From an uncultured Methanobrevibacter sp. (lineage in GTDB: Archaea > Methanobacteriota > Methanobacteria > Methanobacteriales > Methanobacteriaceae): 64,000 bases of DNA. The stretch spans positions 2,334 through 66,333 of the forward strand of contig ONSJ01000002.1 of NCBI GenBank assembly GCA_900320515.1, in the 5' to 3' direction. This document shows, in pieces, positions 10,616 to 21,713 of the stretch. The stretch's first letter is position 1. Each line of letters opens with the position of its first letter. A model generated the notes under the pieces. That model saw only the letters and a program-made list of their open reading frames with translations, was not told where the DNA came from and did no database searches. A program made the position numbers and the translations under genes.

Positions 10616-11806
10616 TTATCCTCTTGTTACTATACTTATAATATCACCGTCTTTCAGCTCATAATCACTGGCCACGCGCATTTTGGATTTCGCATCAACC
10701 GCATGCATGAACTTGTCTCCGATATCCGTATGGACGATATAAGCCAACTCTTTAGGTGTTGAGCCATTAGGAACCAAAAATCCGTCAGGCAAGACATTGC
10801 CCTTCTGGTCAGTGTATTTGTTTTCATCCTGAACAGGATATACTACAATCCTGTCAAGCAGTTCAAATATCGCATAATTCAGCGCATCCTGAACTCCAGT
10901 GCTTCCATAGACATCCAAAATGTTGGTTTGAATATACTCCAATCCTTTGCGTTGGGCCTCTGACAGCTCATCAGGCTTCAGGATTTCAAAGTGGTCATCA
11001 CCGGACAAGTAACTAATCAATCCGCCTTCGGCCGCTTTTACCAGTGCCAGTTCGGAACCTGCTGATGTTGGAATAACGTTCGGATACTTTTCCTTAATCC
11101 TTTTGATGTTTTCAGCAGATGTCGGCAAGTCCGCCTTGTTTGCAATAATCATCATAGGTTTTGCAATATGAAGTATGTTGCGTGTAAGTTCAATCAAATC
11201 CTCCTCTTCCCATTTGTTGTAATCGGGTTCAATTGTCCTTTTGGCTTCAATTATATCCTCAATGGCGATTCCAGTACCTGATAATTGATCGTATAATACT
11301 TTTGAGATGTCAAGGTGTTCTGCACCCACTTTTCTAATAAGTCTTACCCAATTCTTGGACAATATTCCATACATCCACATGACTATTTCATTTTCCAGAA
11401 ATTCCAAATCATCCAATGGGTCATGACTTCCGGCATCAACAGGATTTCCTTCAAGATCTGTTGAGCCTGAAGCATCAATAACATTTATGAACACTTTAGC
11501 CTGCATCAATTCATCTAAAAACTTGTTACCTAATCCTTTTCCTTCATGTGCTCCAGGGACAAGTCCCGCAACATCAATCATTTCAATCGGAAGCAATCTT
11601 TTTCCATCAATGCATATGGAGTTGTGAGGATTGCATGTGACGCCCAATTCCTTACATGGACAATCTTTAATAACATGGGCAACAGCCTTGTTTGCATCTA
11701 TTGTTGTGAATGGATAGTTTGCCATTTCCACACCTGACGCTGTTGCTGAGTTGAAAAAGGATGATTTTCCTACATTCGGTTTTCCACAAACTGCAATTTG
11801 AAGCAT
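10616..11806 (-). CDS. ychF: Obg-family ATPase YchF (archaeal)
   Basis: [28 protein letters not shown]-terminal TGS domain. Confidence 0.95.
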   Translation of the reverse strand: MLQIAVCGKPNVGKSSFFNSATASGVEMANYPFTTIDANKAVAHVIKDCPCKELGVTCNPHNSICIDGKRLLPIEMIDVAGLVPGAHEGKGLGNKFLDELMQAKVFINVIDASGSTDLEGNPVDAGSHDPLDDLEFLENEIVMWMYGILSKNWVRLIRKVGAEHLDISKVLYDQLSGTGIAIEDIIEAKRTIEPDYNKWEEEDLIELTRNILHIAKPMMIIANKADLPTSAENIKRIKEKYPNVIPTSAGSELALVKAAEGGLISYLSGDDHFEILKPDELSEAQRKGLEYIQTNILDVYGSTGVQDALNYAIFELLDRIVVYPVQDENKYTDQKGNVLPDGFLVPNGSTPKELAYIVHTDIGDKFMHAVDAKSKMRVASDYELKDGDIISIVTRG

Positions 11807-11870
11807 AATAATCACTTTATAATTTTTGTTTTTAAAATTATAAATAGTTTCAGAAATTAATTATATATTA

Positions 11871-12740
11871 ATGAAGGATGAAGATATTGAAAGGCCGCAG
11901 GCCATGAAAATCAGACAGGGCATTCAGGATGCAATAAATCAAACATTGCCTGACAAGGAGTTTGATCCAGAAAAAATCGATTTAGTTGAAGTAGACATCG
12001 AACTGAATGATTTGGGATGGAATTTTCACAACTATAGGATTTTAAACATATCCGATATCCATCTGGGCCAATGGATCAATCCGGAATATCTTGACGAGCT
12101 GGTCGATTATGTAAATACTCTGAATTATGACCTGATAGTCCTTACCGGCGATTACTTTTCATACAATATCGAAAGCTACGACAAAGCATTGGAAAAATCC
12201 CTCAAAAAGCTAAAAGCCCCTGACGGCAAATTCGGCGTTTTGGGAAATCATGACCATTGGATGGATGCAGACAAAGTAAGAAAGATATTTGAGGCATCAG
12301 ACATTCATGATTTGAGCAACGATAATGTCGTATTGCAGAAAGGCGATGAAAAGATCAATTTGGCCGGCGTTGACTCATGCACCGTTTGCGCTGACAACTT
12401 GGACAAGGTATTGGAGAAACTGGAGGACGATTGTCCGACAATTCTGCTTGCCCACGAACCTGATTTTGCCAGTGAATCATCTCAAACCGGAAAAATCGAT
12501 TTGCAGATTTCCGGACATTCACACGGAGGACAATTCATCATTCCAAAAGTCGAAACAACACCATTTAGAGGTCCAAACTCCACAAAATATCCAGTAGGAC
12601 TTTACAAGGTTAATGACATGGTCCAGTATACAAGCAAGGGCCTCGGTACAAATTCATTTAGAATAAGGATTAACTGCAAACCTGAAATCACACTTATAAC
12701 CCTTAAAAATAAGAATAAGCGAATAATACCGATAGAATGA
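11871..12740 (+). CDS. Calcineurin-like metallophosphoesterase
   Basis: DIH, GD, GNHD, H, GHSH motifs. Confidence 0.92.
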   Translation: MKDEDIERPQAMKIRQGIQDAINQTLPDKEFDPEKIDLVEVDIELNDLGWNFHNYRILNISDIHLGQWINPEYLDELVDYVNTLNYDLIVLTGDYFSYNIESYDKALEKSLKKLKAPDGKFGVLGNHDHWMDADKVRKIFEASDIHDLSNDNVVLQKGDEKINLAGVDSCTVCADNLDKVLEKLEDDCPTILLAHEPDFASESSQTGKIDLQISGHSHGGQFIIPKVETTPFRGPNSTKYPVGLYKVNDMVQYTSKGLGTNSFRIRINCKPEITLITLKNKNKRIIPIE

Positions 12741-14860
12741 TAAAAAATCGTATAATATCATCACTTAAAACCATAATAACAACTTTATTGTATGTTATTG
12801 CAAACATTGCTGCAGTATTTACAGTTGACTATATCAGTGCAGACTTTACAATTGGCCCAGAGTACAATGCGGTTCTTATAGTCATAGTTGTTGCGATTGC
12901 AAATTCTCTTTTATGGCCAATATTCCGGCGTTTCATGATGAAAATCATCATCTTCACATTCGGGATCGGATCGCTCTTACTCAACTCAGTAATCTTTTAT
13001 ATCGCTTCCCTTTTCATTCCGGGAGTTTCGGCAGGAATCTATGGAGTCCTGCAGGTTCCCATAGTAATGGCAATATTTACGACTTTCATCACAAACATCA
13101 CAAACACCAACTATTACGACAGATACATTCAAAGCATTTTCAAGTACGCATCCAAACAAAAAACGGCATACAAAAAAAAGTATCCTGGACTTATTATGGT
13201 TGAAATTGATGGCCTGTCAATAGACACACTGAAAAAAGCCATCGAAAAGGGAGTCATGCCAAACATTGAAAGATGGATTGGTGAAAATACCCACACACTG
13301 AAGGGATGGGAAACTGACCTGTCTTCACAAACCGGAGCAAGCCAGGCAGGAATACTTCATGGAAACAATACGGACATTGTAGCCTACAGATGGGTTGAAA
13401 AAGAAAATAACAACAAAATCGTCGTTTCAGGAAAATTGAGCGATGCCACTAAAATTGAAAAGAAAATCAGCAATGGCGAAGGCCTTTTAGTGAATGGAAT
13501 AAGCATTGCCAACATGTTTTCAGGAGACAGCAAAATCCCAACACTGACCTCCTCAAAGCTGAACAAGATGGGCAACATATACAATAATTCATTGGATGCG
13601 GTGTTTCTGGATGCATATAACTTCCAAAGACTAGTTGTTTTATTCTTATGGGACATAATTCTTGAGCTGACATCCCAATTGGTGCATTATGTGAAAAACA
13701 TAAAGCCCCGCCTCAGAAGGACGATCACTTATCCTCCAGTAAGAGCAGGAGCTAACGTAGTACTGCGGGAAGTGGCAACAGACGTTTTGACAAGCGAAAT
13801 ATTGACAGGACACATAGACACTGCCTATGCAACCTTCATGGGCTATGATGAAATAGCCCATCACTCAGGAGTTGAGGACAGGGACGTGTGGGGCACCCTG
13901 AAAAAAATTGACCAGCAATTTTCAAAGCTAACCTCCGCAATCGAAATGAGCGATAGAGACTATAAGCTTGTGGTCCTATCCGACCACGGCCAGTCCAAAG
14001 GCGCCACATTCAAGCAAAGATACGGAATGACATTGGGAAAATACGTTCGCAAACTCCTTCCGGATGATTTGAAAATGTTTAAAACCGAATATAACATAGA
14101 CCACTTCAGGGACGCAATCATCCCCGAAAACAAGCAGATAAGAAACTTTAAGGAAAGGATGGGAGATATCCGGGGCGACCTGTTCGGAGATTTTGAATCC
14201 CTGCAAAACATTCGGGAAGGAATAGAAAAAAGAAAGCCTGCCATAATATTTGAAAATGAGCAATATATGAATCTGAAAGACCGCTATAATAATAGCCTGG
14301 ACTATATTAAAGACCATGAAACATCACAGCAAAGCACAAAAAAGGAAAAGGATTCCGAATTGATTGTGTTGGGTTCGGGCAACATGGGGCTGATTTATCT
14401 GACTCAATGGAAAGAGCGCCTAAGCTATGAAGAAATCGTGATGCTATTTCCGGACTTGATTCCGGGCCTTGTAAAGCATTCGGGAATCGGATTCGTTCTA
14501 GTCAACTCAATAGCCAACGGCGGAATGATAATCGCAGAAAACGGAATCTACTATCTTGAAAGCGATGAAGTCATCGGCGAAAATCCTCTTGAAGGATTCG
14601 GAAAAAATGCCGCAATGCATCTCAAAAGGCAAAATTCATTCAACAACATGCCTGATGTTCTGGTCAACAGCTTCTACGACAGCCAAACCGATGAAGTATG
14701 TGCATTTGAAGAGCTGATCGGCTCCCATGGAGGACTGGGAGGAAATCAAACCAAACCATTCATATTATACCCCTCCGAATGGAAAGATCCCGGCGAGCTT
14801 GTCGGTTCAGAGTCAATTTATCATTTCCTAAAAGAGGAAATAGGAAATTTAAATTCTTGA
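12737..14860 (+). CDS. 4-TM (holin-like/DUF360) domain fused to an alkaline-phosphatase-superfamily domain
   Basis: N-terminal 4 TM; EIDGL, SSQT, YDEIAHH, LSDHG, GSHGG motifs. Confidence 0.82.
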   Translation: MIKNRIISSLKTIITTLLYVIANIAAVFTVDYISADFTIGPEYNAVLIVIVVAIANSLLWPIFRRFMMKIIIFTFGIGSLLLNSVIFYIASLFIPGVSAGIYGVLQVPIVMAIFTTFITNITNTNYYDRYIQSIFKYASKQKTAYKKKYPGLIMVEIDGLSIDTLKKAIEKGVMPNIERWIGENTHTLKGWETDLSSQTGASQAGILHGNNTDIVAYRWVEKENNNKIVVSGKLSDATKIEKKISNGEGLLVNGISIANMFSGDSKIPTLTSSKLNKMGNIYNNSLDAVFLDAYNFQRLVVLFLWDIILELTSQLVHYVKNIKPRLRRTITYPPVRAGANVVLREVATDVLTSEILTGHIDTAYATFMGYDEIAHHSGVEDRDVWGTLKKIDQQFSKLTSAIEMSDRDYKLVVLSDHGQSKGATFKQRYGMTLGKYVRKLLPDDLKMFKTEYNIDHFRDAIIPENKQIRNFKERMGDIRGDLFGDFESLQNIREGIEKRKPAIIFENEQYMNLKDRYNNSLDYIKDHETSQQSTKKEKDSELIVLGSGNMGLIYLTQWKERLSYEEIVMLFPDLIPGLVKHSGIGFVLVNSIANGGMIIAENGIYYLESDEVIGENPLEGFGKNAAMHLKRQNSFNNMPDVLVNSFYDSQTDEVCAFEELIGSHGGLGGNQTKPFILYPSEWKDPGELVGSESIYHFLKEEIGNLNS

Positions 14861-15694
14861 AAGCCAGTAATCCAATATTTCCTCAACGTTTTCATCAAAG
14901 CTTATTGTTTTGTCCTTGTTTTCCGGAATTGCCTGTGGATAATCCAGATTCAATCTTATCAGTGTCGCTTCTGAATTATTGTATGTCATCTGCTCAAAGG
15001 GATAGCGGATGATACCGGGAGTATTGAATCCAACGCCGATTTCCAAAAATACGAATTTGCCCTCGATATTGTCCAGGAAATCATAGTAATTCTTACTCAT
15101 TTCATGCCATTTGACATCCTCAACAAAATAACTGTCTTTCCTCAGATTCAAATCCATATCACCGCCGCATACGGGACATTTGGGAACCAGATCGGATGGA
15201 ATTCTAAAGTCCTCGGTTTTTTCCACCCATTCAAATACCTGCTCTTTGTTTGGATATAGCCCGTCATGACATGCCTTTTCACATTGAAGCAATCCGTAAT
15301 CTCCCTGTGTTGCGAATATCCTTTCATCATCAAATCCGTTAATCCAAAACTGATGTTCAACATTGGTTGTGAGGACAAAATACTCCTTATCCTCAACCAA
15401 TTGCAATAATTTCTGATAAACGCTTGTCTTTCCTACATCATAACGGTTTGCAAAAACATGCCTTGCCCAATATGCCCATTTCTCTTCCTGGGACTCAAAG
15501 GGATAAAATCCGGATGAATACATGTCTGTAAATCCGTATTCTTCAATGAAATCCTTGAAATATTTTTCAAACCTCTCTCCTGTGTAGTCGATTCCGGCAG
15601 CAGTCGACAGCCCCGCACCGGCACCGATGATTATGTAATCCGCTTCATCAATGGCCTTTTTAGCCTTATCCAATCTTAATACAAATTTATCCAT
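14849..15694 (-). CDS. Class M sirtuin (SirTM-like ADP-ribosyltransferase)
   Basis: [18 protein letters not shown] (Gln at the usual His position), two CxxC-type Zn sites, EIGVGFNTP. Confidence 0.88.
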   Translation of the reverse strand: MDKFVLRLDKAKKAIDEADYIIIGAGAGLSTAAGIDYTGERFEKYFKDFIEEYGFTDMYSSGFYPFESQEEKWAYWARHVFANRYDVGKTSVYQKLLQLVEDKEYFVLTTNVEHQFWINGFDDERIFATQGDYGLLQCEKACHDGLYPNKEQVFEWVEKTEDFRIPSDLVPKCPVCGGDMDLNLRKDSYFVEDVKWHEMSKNYYDFLDNIEGKFVFLEIGVGFNTPGIIRYPFEQMTYNNSEATLIRLNLDYPQAIPENKDKTISFDENVEEILDYWLSRI

Positions 15695-16469
15695 TGAAAT
15701 GCTCCTTATATATTAAATAATCCTCATCAGTAAATACATTGAAAATCACATGTTTCAATGTTGTTTCATTTGATTTTAAATATTCTGTAACAGTCCCTAT
15801 TGCAATTTCAGCCGCCAAATCCTTGGGAAAGTTAAACACTCCTGTTGAAATGCAGCAGAATGCAATTGATTCCAGATTGTATTCACCTGCAATCTCCAGA
15901 CATGACAGATAACAGTTTTTCAGGTCTTCGCAGTCTGTGTCTGTCGGCTGTGAACCATAGGGGATTTGCGGCCCGACAGTATGAATCACATGTCCTGAAG
16001 GCAGGTTGTAGGCGCCGGTGATTTTAGCCGTGCCCACCGATTCGTCATGGCCCTGCATCTGCATGATCCTGTCGCATTCACCTCTAAGCCGCACTCCCGC
16101 AGCTGAGTGAATCACATTGTCAATGCAGTTGTGCTGGGGAATAAAACAGCCCAACAGTTTGGAATTGGCCGCATTGACAATGGCATCGACTTTCAAGGTG
16201 GTGATGTCCCCCTGCCACAATTTGATTTTGCCATTAACCTCTTTGATGTCTTGCGGAGAAGTCAGGGTTTTGTTTGACGTTTCTCCAGTTAAGAATTCAT
16301 CCTGAACCCTTAAGAATTCATCTGAAATTTTTAAGGGCGGCCTTACATTCATCAGTGAGCGAAGCAATCCTCTTTTTGAGTGATAATCTTGAGGAACATC
16401 AATTTCTTCTCCCATCTCTTCAATCAAATAATCAATCAGAAAATCAAGCTGTTCTGTTGCGTTAATCAT
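15687..16469 (-). CDS. Zn-macrodomain protein-ADP-ribose hydrolase
   Basis: [22 protein letters not shown] (C-H-C Zn insert), HTVGP, ISTGVF; overlaps the sirtuin gene. Confidence 0.9.
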   Translation of the reverse strand: MINATEQLDFLIDYLIEEMGEEIDVPQDYHSKRGLLRSLMNVRPPLKISDEFLRVQDEFLTGETSNKTLTSPQDIKEVNGKIKLWQGDITTLKVDAIVNAANSKLLGCFIPQHNCIDNVIHSAAGVRLRGECDRIMQMQGHDESVGTAKITGAYNLPSGHVIHTVGPQIPYGSQPTDTDCEDLKNCYLSCLEIAGEYNLESIAFCCISTGVFNFPKDLAAEIAIGTVTEYLKSNETTLKHVIFNVFTDEDYLIYKEHFNG

Positions 16470-16591
16470 AATTCCTCCCAAATTCGTTAATAATTAATTT
16501 AAATCTGGATATTTAAATGATTTTTGTAACCTCAAAGAAACCGGGTAACAAAAAAGTAACTAATATATAATAATTTAATCAATTTTTAATT

Positions 16592-16975
16592 ATGAACAGC
16601 AAAGGAGTAGTCTGTCCTGTTGACAGAACTTTGAATCTGATTAACAAAAAATGGAGCGTTCAGATTATCAGAGACCTGTTTTTTGGAAAAAAGCATTTCA
16701 AGGAATTCAAGGAAGACAAGCCCAAATTATCCAATAAGGTACTGTCAAACTGCCTTAAAGAATTGGAGGAACATGGTTTGGTTGAAAAAAAGGTCATAAA
16801 CACCACCCCTGTTACTACAGAGTATTATCTGACAGAATATGGAAGGTCAATGAACAGGATAATCTATGAATTGGCCATGTTTACACTGCATGATGAAAAT
16901 GACAACAGCTATTCATCCGAAACCAGAGAATCCCTGAAAGAGGATTTCAGACAGACATTAGGAATTGATGATTAA
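16592..16975 (+). CDS. HxlR-family winged-helix regulator
   Basis: CPV..TL.LI..KW, LS.KVLS..LKELE, EY.LTE.G. Confidence 0.9.
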   Translation: MNSKGVVCPVDRTLNLINKKWSVQIIRDLFFGKKHFKEFKEDKPKLSNKVLSNCLKELEEHGLVEKKVINTTPVTTEYYLTEYGRSMNRIIYELAMFTLHDENDNSYSSETRESLKEDFRQTLGIDD

Positions 16976-16976
16976 C

Positions 16977-17618
16977 ATGACTGGCAAAATTTATATCATT
17001 GGAATCGGACCCGGTTCCAGCGAATACCTGACAAAAAAGGCAATTGACACCGTTGAAATGAGCGACTATACTGTTGGAAGCACACGTGCAATCGAACTAT
17101 TCGATGATGTGCAAAACACAATCCCATTCAATGTCAAAGAATTGTTGGACACATTAGAAAAAGGAGTCAAATTGGCAGTTGACGGAAATGTCGTGTCAAT
17201 ACTGTCAACCGGAGATCCCGGTTTTTCAGGAGTTTTGAATACGGTTTTAAGACTTTCAGATGAAAACTGCTTTTCCAGACAAAACATTGAAGTGATTCCT
17301 GGAATCAGCTCCCTTCAGCTTGCAGCGGCAAGATGCCACATCCAGTGGGACAATGCCAATGTGATGACATTTCATGGCCGTGAAAACATAGAGGACATCC
17401 TGCCGGTCATAAACAACGGCAAGACAACCATTGCACTGCCTTCAAGAAAGGTCAAGGACATGGCACAGTTTCTGCTTGACAACGGGGTTGAATCAGACAG
17501 AAAGGTTACGGTGTGTGAAAGGTTAAGTTACCCGGACGAGAAAATTGTCACAACAACATTGGATGAAATTGCAAGCAGTGAATTTACTTATATGTGCATA
17601 ATTGTAATATATCCGTAA
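16977..17618 (+). CDS. cbiE: Cobalt-precorrin-7 C5-methyltransferase
   Basis: IGIGPG, STGDPGFSG, IPGISS.QLA, FHGR, CERLSYPDE. Confidence 0.88.
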   Translation: MTGKIYIIGIGPGSSEYLTKKAIDTVEMSDYTVGSTRAIELFDDVQNTIPFNVKELLDTLEKGVKLAVDGNVVSILSTGDPGFSGVLNTVLRLSDENCFSRQNIEVIPGISSLQLAAARCHIQWDNANVMTFHGRENIEDILPVINNGKTTIALPSRKVKDMAQFLLDNGVESDRKVTVCERLSYPDEKIVTTTLDEIASSEFTYMCIIVIYP

Positions 17619-17671
17619 AATTGACCTTAAAAATCCATTATAAAAGCAATTTCCTATTTAATTTTAATATT

Positions 17672-17683
17672 AAAGTTTATATG
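17672..17683 (+). promoter_or_regulatory. Putative BRE/TATA of the interrupted adhesin gene
   Basis: AAAGTTTATATG about 60 nt upstream of AAGGT-N-ATG at 17743. Confidence 0.45.
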
Positions 17684-17742
17684 TTCTAGATATCAAACTT
17701 TAACCGTCAATTAGACAAAAAAATTGGCAAAAGGTAGATATC

Positions 17743-17767
17743 ATGAACATCAAAATAAACACCATAT
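17743..17767 (+). pseudogene. 5' fragment (MNIKINTI) of the adhesin gene split by the integrated element
   Basis: Joins in frame through the shared AACACCATAT to 58921 onward, giving a complete signal peptide; in the integrated state it ends as MNIKINTIFYTPN*. Confidence 0.88.
17758..17767 (+). repeat. attL core AACACCATAT
   Basis: Identical to 58911-58920; extends to AAAATAAACACCATAT vs AACATTAACACCATAT (14/16). Confidence 0.9.
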
Positions 17768-17781
17768 TCTACACTCCTAAC

Positions 17782-17797
17782 TGAAAGGATAGAAAAA
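17782..17797 (+). repeat. Left subterminal inverted repeat TGAAAGGATAGAAAAA
   Basis: 15/16 match to the reverse complement of 58878-58893. Confidence 0.82.
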
Positions 17798-18074
17798 AAC
17801 AAATAATGATAACTAACTAAGGTTAATTATTTTACACCAATCATATTAAAAAGTAGTAGTCGATTAAATATAATTATTACAATATTATTTTCTTTAATTT
17901 AACAATACCAATATCATGAATAGTGCCATCACCTACCAACTATCCACTATTCCTGCTAACCAGTATACACGCATTAGCTAAAATCACAACATTTCTACTA
18001 ACTTTTCACCACAAATACTTGCTTTTATCAGACCCAGTTACATTTGATTAAAGGTTCAATTATAACTTCGCCAG

Positions 18075-18230
18075 TTAATACTTTTTCAATATTAGTTTTT
18101 GCAAACTGACATCGATTTCAACTTTGTCATCGATTTTAACTATGTCTTTACACTTATCGAATTCGACAGTATACTCATCAGGTATATGTTCAATAATCTT
18201 TTTTAATACTTCTATAGTTATTGCTGTCAT
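18075..18230 (-). CDS. Small hypothetical protein (51 aa)
   Basis: MTAITIEVLKKIIEHIPDEYTVEF...; divergent from hsdM. Confidence 0.55.
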   Translation of the reverse strand: MTAITIEVLKKIIEHIPDEYTVEFDKCKDIVKIDDKVEIDVSLQKLILKKY

Positions 18231-18407
18231 GATTAATGATTGATTAAAGACATATAAAAGCTTTTTGATATGAGTACAAGGCAATATTAATGTTAACTCG
18301 TAATTTTACGAGCTTACAGCAATATTGCTTTGAGTATAAAAAATTATTATAACAAACATTATAACCTGTTAAACACAAAAATAAATATCATATTATAAGG
18401 TGATAAT

Positions 18408-20408
18408 ATGACAAACATTAGTGAAATATCAGGTTTCATATGGGGAATAGCAGACTCTGTATTACGAGGAGCATACAAACGTAATGAATATCAAAAGGTA
18501 ATCTTACCCTTCACAGTATTGAAAAGATTTGATAGCGTACTTGAATACTCCAAAAAAGATGTAGTTGATACATACGAAGCTAACAAAAACAAAACAGAAC
18601 ACATCGCACCACTATTAAATGCAAAAGCAGTTGATGAAAATGGACGCAAACTAGGATTCTACAATCATTCACGCTTCGATTTCGAAACATTACTGCAAGA
18701 CCCAGACAACATAGAAGAAAACCTCAAATTTTACATTAACAGCTTCAGCAAAAATGTAACAGACATACTTGAAAACTTTGATATAGAAAAACAAATAGCA
18801 AAACTCTCCAAAGCTAACAACCTATACATACTAATTAAAAAATTTAATGAAACAACACTAGATTTATCACCTAAAAACATTTCTAACCACGATATGGGAA
18901 CAATATTTGAAGAACTTATAAGAAAATTCTCTGAAACATCAAACGAAGAAGCAGGAGAGCACTTTACACCAAGAGACGTAGTAAAACTAATGACTGAACT
19001 ACTATTTGTTGGTGAAGAAGAAACATCAGGAACAATCAAACTAGTATACGATCCCGCATGTGGAACAGGAGGAATGCTCACCAGCTGCAAAGAATTCATC
19101 ACAAAAAACAACCCCGAAATGGACGTCGTACTATACGGCCAAGAAATCAACGATGAAATATATGCAATATGTAAAGCAGACATGCTAATGAAAGGAGAAG
19201 ACGCAGAAAACATCAAAGGACCATCAAGTACATTATCAAACGACCAATTACCAACAAATACATTTGATTACATGATATCCAATCCACCATACGGCCGTGA
19301 CTGGGAACAAGACAAAGAAATAGTAACTAAAGAAGCAGAAGAAAAAGGATTTGAAGGAAGATTCGGAGCAGGGTTGCCAAGAAAAAGTGATGGACAATTA
19401 CTCTTTATCCAACACATGATATCAAAAATGAAAGAGAATGGAAGATCAAGAATAGCAGTAATTACCAATGGATCACCATTGTTTACAGGAGATGCAGGTT
19501 CAGGAGAAAGTAACATCAGAAAATGGATATTCGAAAATGACTACCTTGAAGCACTGATTGCATTGCCTGATCAACTATTCTTCAACACAGGAATAGGAAC
19601 ATATGTATGGGTACTAACCAATGAAAAAACACCACAAAGAGAAGGTAAAGTACAATTAATAGATGCACATGAAGAATATGTTCAAAGAAGAAAATCATTA
19701 GGTAACAAAAGAAATGATATTACAGATACATCTATAAAAAATATACTTAATTTATATAACAATTTTATTGAATGTGATAAAGTCAAAATATTCTACAATG
19801 AAGATTTCGGATACACAAAAATTACAGTAGAACGCCCAATGCAACTAAATTATCAAGTAACACCAGAAAGACTTGAAAACCTATACTCATATTCAGCATT
19901 CAAAAAACTAGCAGAAAGCAAAAGCAAAAACTTAGAAACAAAAATTTCTGAAGAAACAGAAGGTAAAAAACAACAAGAAGCAATCAAAGAAGCATTACTA
20001 ACAATAGGTGATGAATTATATACTGACTGGGATACTTTTGAAGCAAAAGTTAAAAAAGCTCTTGCAGGTTTTGATTTGAAACCAGCATTCATAAAAAATG
20101 TTATTGAAAAATTATCTGCACATGATGATACAGCAGAATATGTAACAGACAAAAAAGGAAAACCAAAAGCAGACAGTAATCTTCGTGATACTGAAAAAAT
20201 ACCTTTGGTACAAAATATTGATGATTACTTTGAAGAAGAAGTGCTTAAATACTACTCTGATGCATGGTTTGATTCCAAGAAGAACAAAGTAGGTTATGAG
20301 ATTAATTTTACACAATATTTCTATGTGTATGAACCACCAAGACCCTTAGAAGAAATTGAAGCAGATATAAGCAGAGTAACTGCTGAAATACAAGAATTGC
20401 TTAAATAG
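18408..20408 (+). CDS. hsdM: Type I R-M methyltransferase subunit
   Basis: GEHFTPRDVV, YDPACGTGGML, NPPY, LFFNTGI. Confidence 0.96.
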   Translation: MTNISEISGFIWGIADSVLRGAYKRNEYQKVILPFTVLKRFDSVLEYSKKDVVDTYEANKNKTEHIAPLLNAKAVDENGRKLGFYNHSRFDFETLLQDPDNIEENLKFYINSFSKNVTDILENFDIEKQIAKLSKANNLYILIKKFNETTLDLSPKNISNHDMGTIFEELIRKFSETSNEEAGEHFTPRDVVKLMTELLFVGEEETSGTIKLVYDPACGTGGMLTSCKEFITKNNPEMDVVLYGQEINDEIYAICKADMLMKGEDAENIKGPSSTLSNDQLPTNTFDYMISNPPYGRDWEQDKEIVTKEAEEKGFEGRFGAGLPRKSDGQLLFIQHMISKMKENGRSRIAVITNGSPLFTGDAGSGESNIRKWIFENDYLEALIALPDQLFFNTGIGTYVWVLTNEKTPQREGKVQLIDAHEEYVQRRKSLGNKRNDITDTSIKNILNLYNNFIECDKVKIFYNEDFGYTKITVERPMQLNYQVTPERLENLYSYSAFKKLAESKSKNLETKISEETEGKKQQEAIKEALLTIGDELYTDWDTFEAKVKKALAGFDLKPAFIKNVIEKLSAHDDTAEYVTDKKGKPKADSNLRDTEKIPLVQNIDDYFEEEVLKYYSDAWFDSKKNKVGYEINFTQYFYVYEPPRPLEEIEADISRVTAEIQELLK

Positions 20409-20417
20409 GTGTTGTCG

Positions 20418-21713
20418 ATGAGTTACAGAACTTATGAAGATTATGTTGATTCAAATATTGAATGGGTCAATATTATTCCTAAACATTGGAATACTATAAA
20501 AATCAAACATCTAATTGATTATTATACTACTGGAGCTTGGGGATCAGATAAACAAAATGACAATAACGACATAATTTGTATTAGGATTGCAGACTTCGAT
20601 TATCCAAAAAGGAATATAAAAGATTTGAACTATACAATTAGAAACATTCCAATAAATAATAGATTATTATTACAACCTGGAGATTTATTAATTGAAAAAT
20701 CTGGTGGTGGAGAAAAACAGCCTGTAGGAAGGGTTGTTTTATTTGATAAAGATTTTAAAGCAACATTTTCAAATTTTATATCAAAAATCAAAGTCAAAAA
20801 TGAATTTGATTCAAAATATCTATGTTACATATTTAACATGTTATATTCATCAAGGGTTAATACTAAATCAATTAAACAGACTACTGGACTTCAAAATTTA
20901 GATTCATATGCTTATTTTGATGAAACAATTGCAATTGCAAATCTGCCCGAACAAAAACAAATAGCTAACTACCTTGATAAAAAAACTGCTACAATTGATG
21001 CAACTATTGCTAAAAATGAAGAACTTATCGAATTACTTGAGGAAAAAAGAGTTGCTTTAATTAATCAAGTAGTTACTAAAGGTTTAAATCCTGATGTGCC
21101 TATGAAAGATTCTGGTGTTGAATGGATTGGTGAAATTCCTGAGCATTGGGAAATTACAAAAGTTAAACATGAATTAGACTTTTTAGACCATAAACGTGTA
21201 CCTTTAAGTGCGGAGGTTAGATCAGACATGGATAGAATTTATGAATACTATGGTGCTTCAGGAGTTATTGATAAAGTTGATTCATATTTATTTGATGGTA
21301 AATATATTCTTGTAGGTGAAGATGGAGCTAATCTCTTATCAAGGTCCACCCCATTAGCATTTATTGCTGAAGGAAAATTTTGGGTAAATAATCATGCACA
21401 TATTTTAAGTCCAAAATATAGTAACAATATTGATTACTATGCGTCATTATTAGAAGCAGCAGATTATACTCCTTTTATTGAAGGATCTGCTCAACCTAAA
21501 TTAACTGCAGATAATTTAAAAAATATAATATTAATAAAACCACCATTATTTGAACAAAATGATATTGCTACATTTTTAAATCATGAATTAAGCATTATCA
21601 ATCAGATATTGTCCAAAATTCAAAATAATATTATTCTTTTAGAAGAATATAAAACTTCATTAATCCATCATGTTGTTACTGGTAAAATTGATGTTCGAGG
21701 TGAGGAAATATGA
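20418..21713 (+). CDS. hsdS: Type I R-M specificity subunit
   Basis: Two TRDs with conserved spacers IPKHW...EQKQIA...MKDSGVEWIGEIPEHW...VVTGKIDV. Confidence 0.95.
   Translation: MSYRTYEDYVDSNIEWVNIIPKHWNTIKIKHLIDYYTTGAWGSDKQNDNNDIICIRIADFDYPKRNIKDLNYTIRNIPINNRLLLQPGDLLIEKSGGGEKQPVGRVVLFDKDFKATFSNFISKIKVKNEFDSKYLCYIFNMLYSSRVNTKSIKQTTGLQNLDSYAYFDETIAIANLPEQKQIANYLDKKTATIDATIAKNEELIELLEEKRVALINQVVTKGLNPDVPMKDSGVEWIGEIPEHWEITKVKHELDFLDHKRVPLSAEVRSDMDRIYEYYGASGVIDKVDSYLFDGKYILVGEDGANLLSRSTPLAFIAEGKFWVNNHAHILSPKYSNNIDYYASLLEAADYTPFIEGSAQPKLTADNLKNIILIKPPLFEQNDIATFLNHELSIINQILSKIQNNIILLEEYKTSLIHHVVTGKIDVRGEEI

Noticed and set aside
12737-14860. Phage holin marking a prophage
   Set aside because: The 4-TM domain is fused to a phosphodiesterase-like domain and lies among chromosomal genes outside the att sites.
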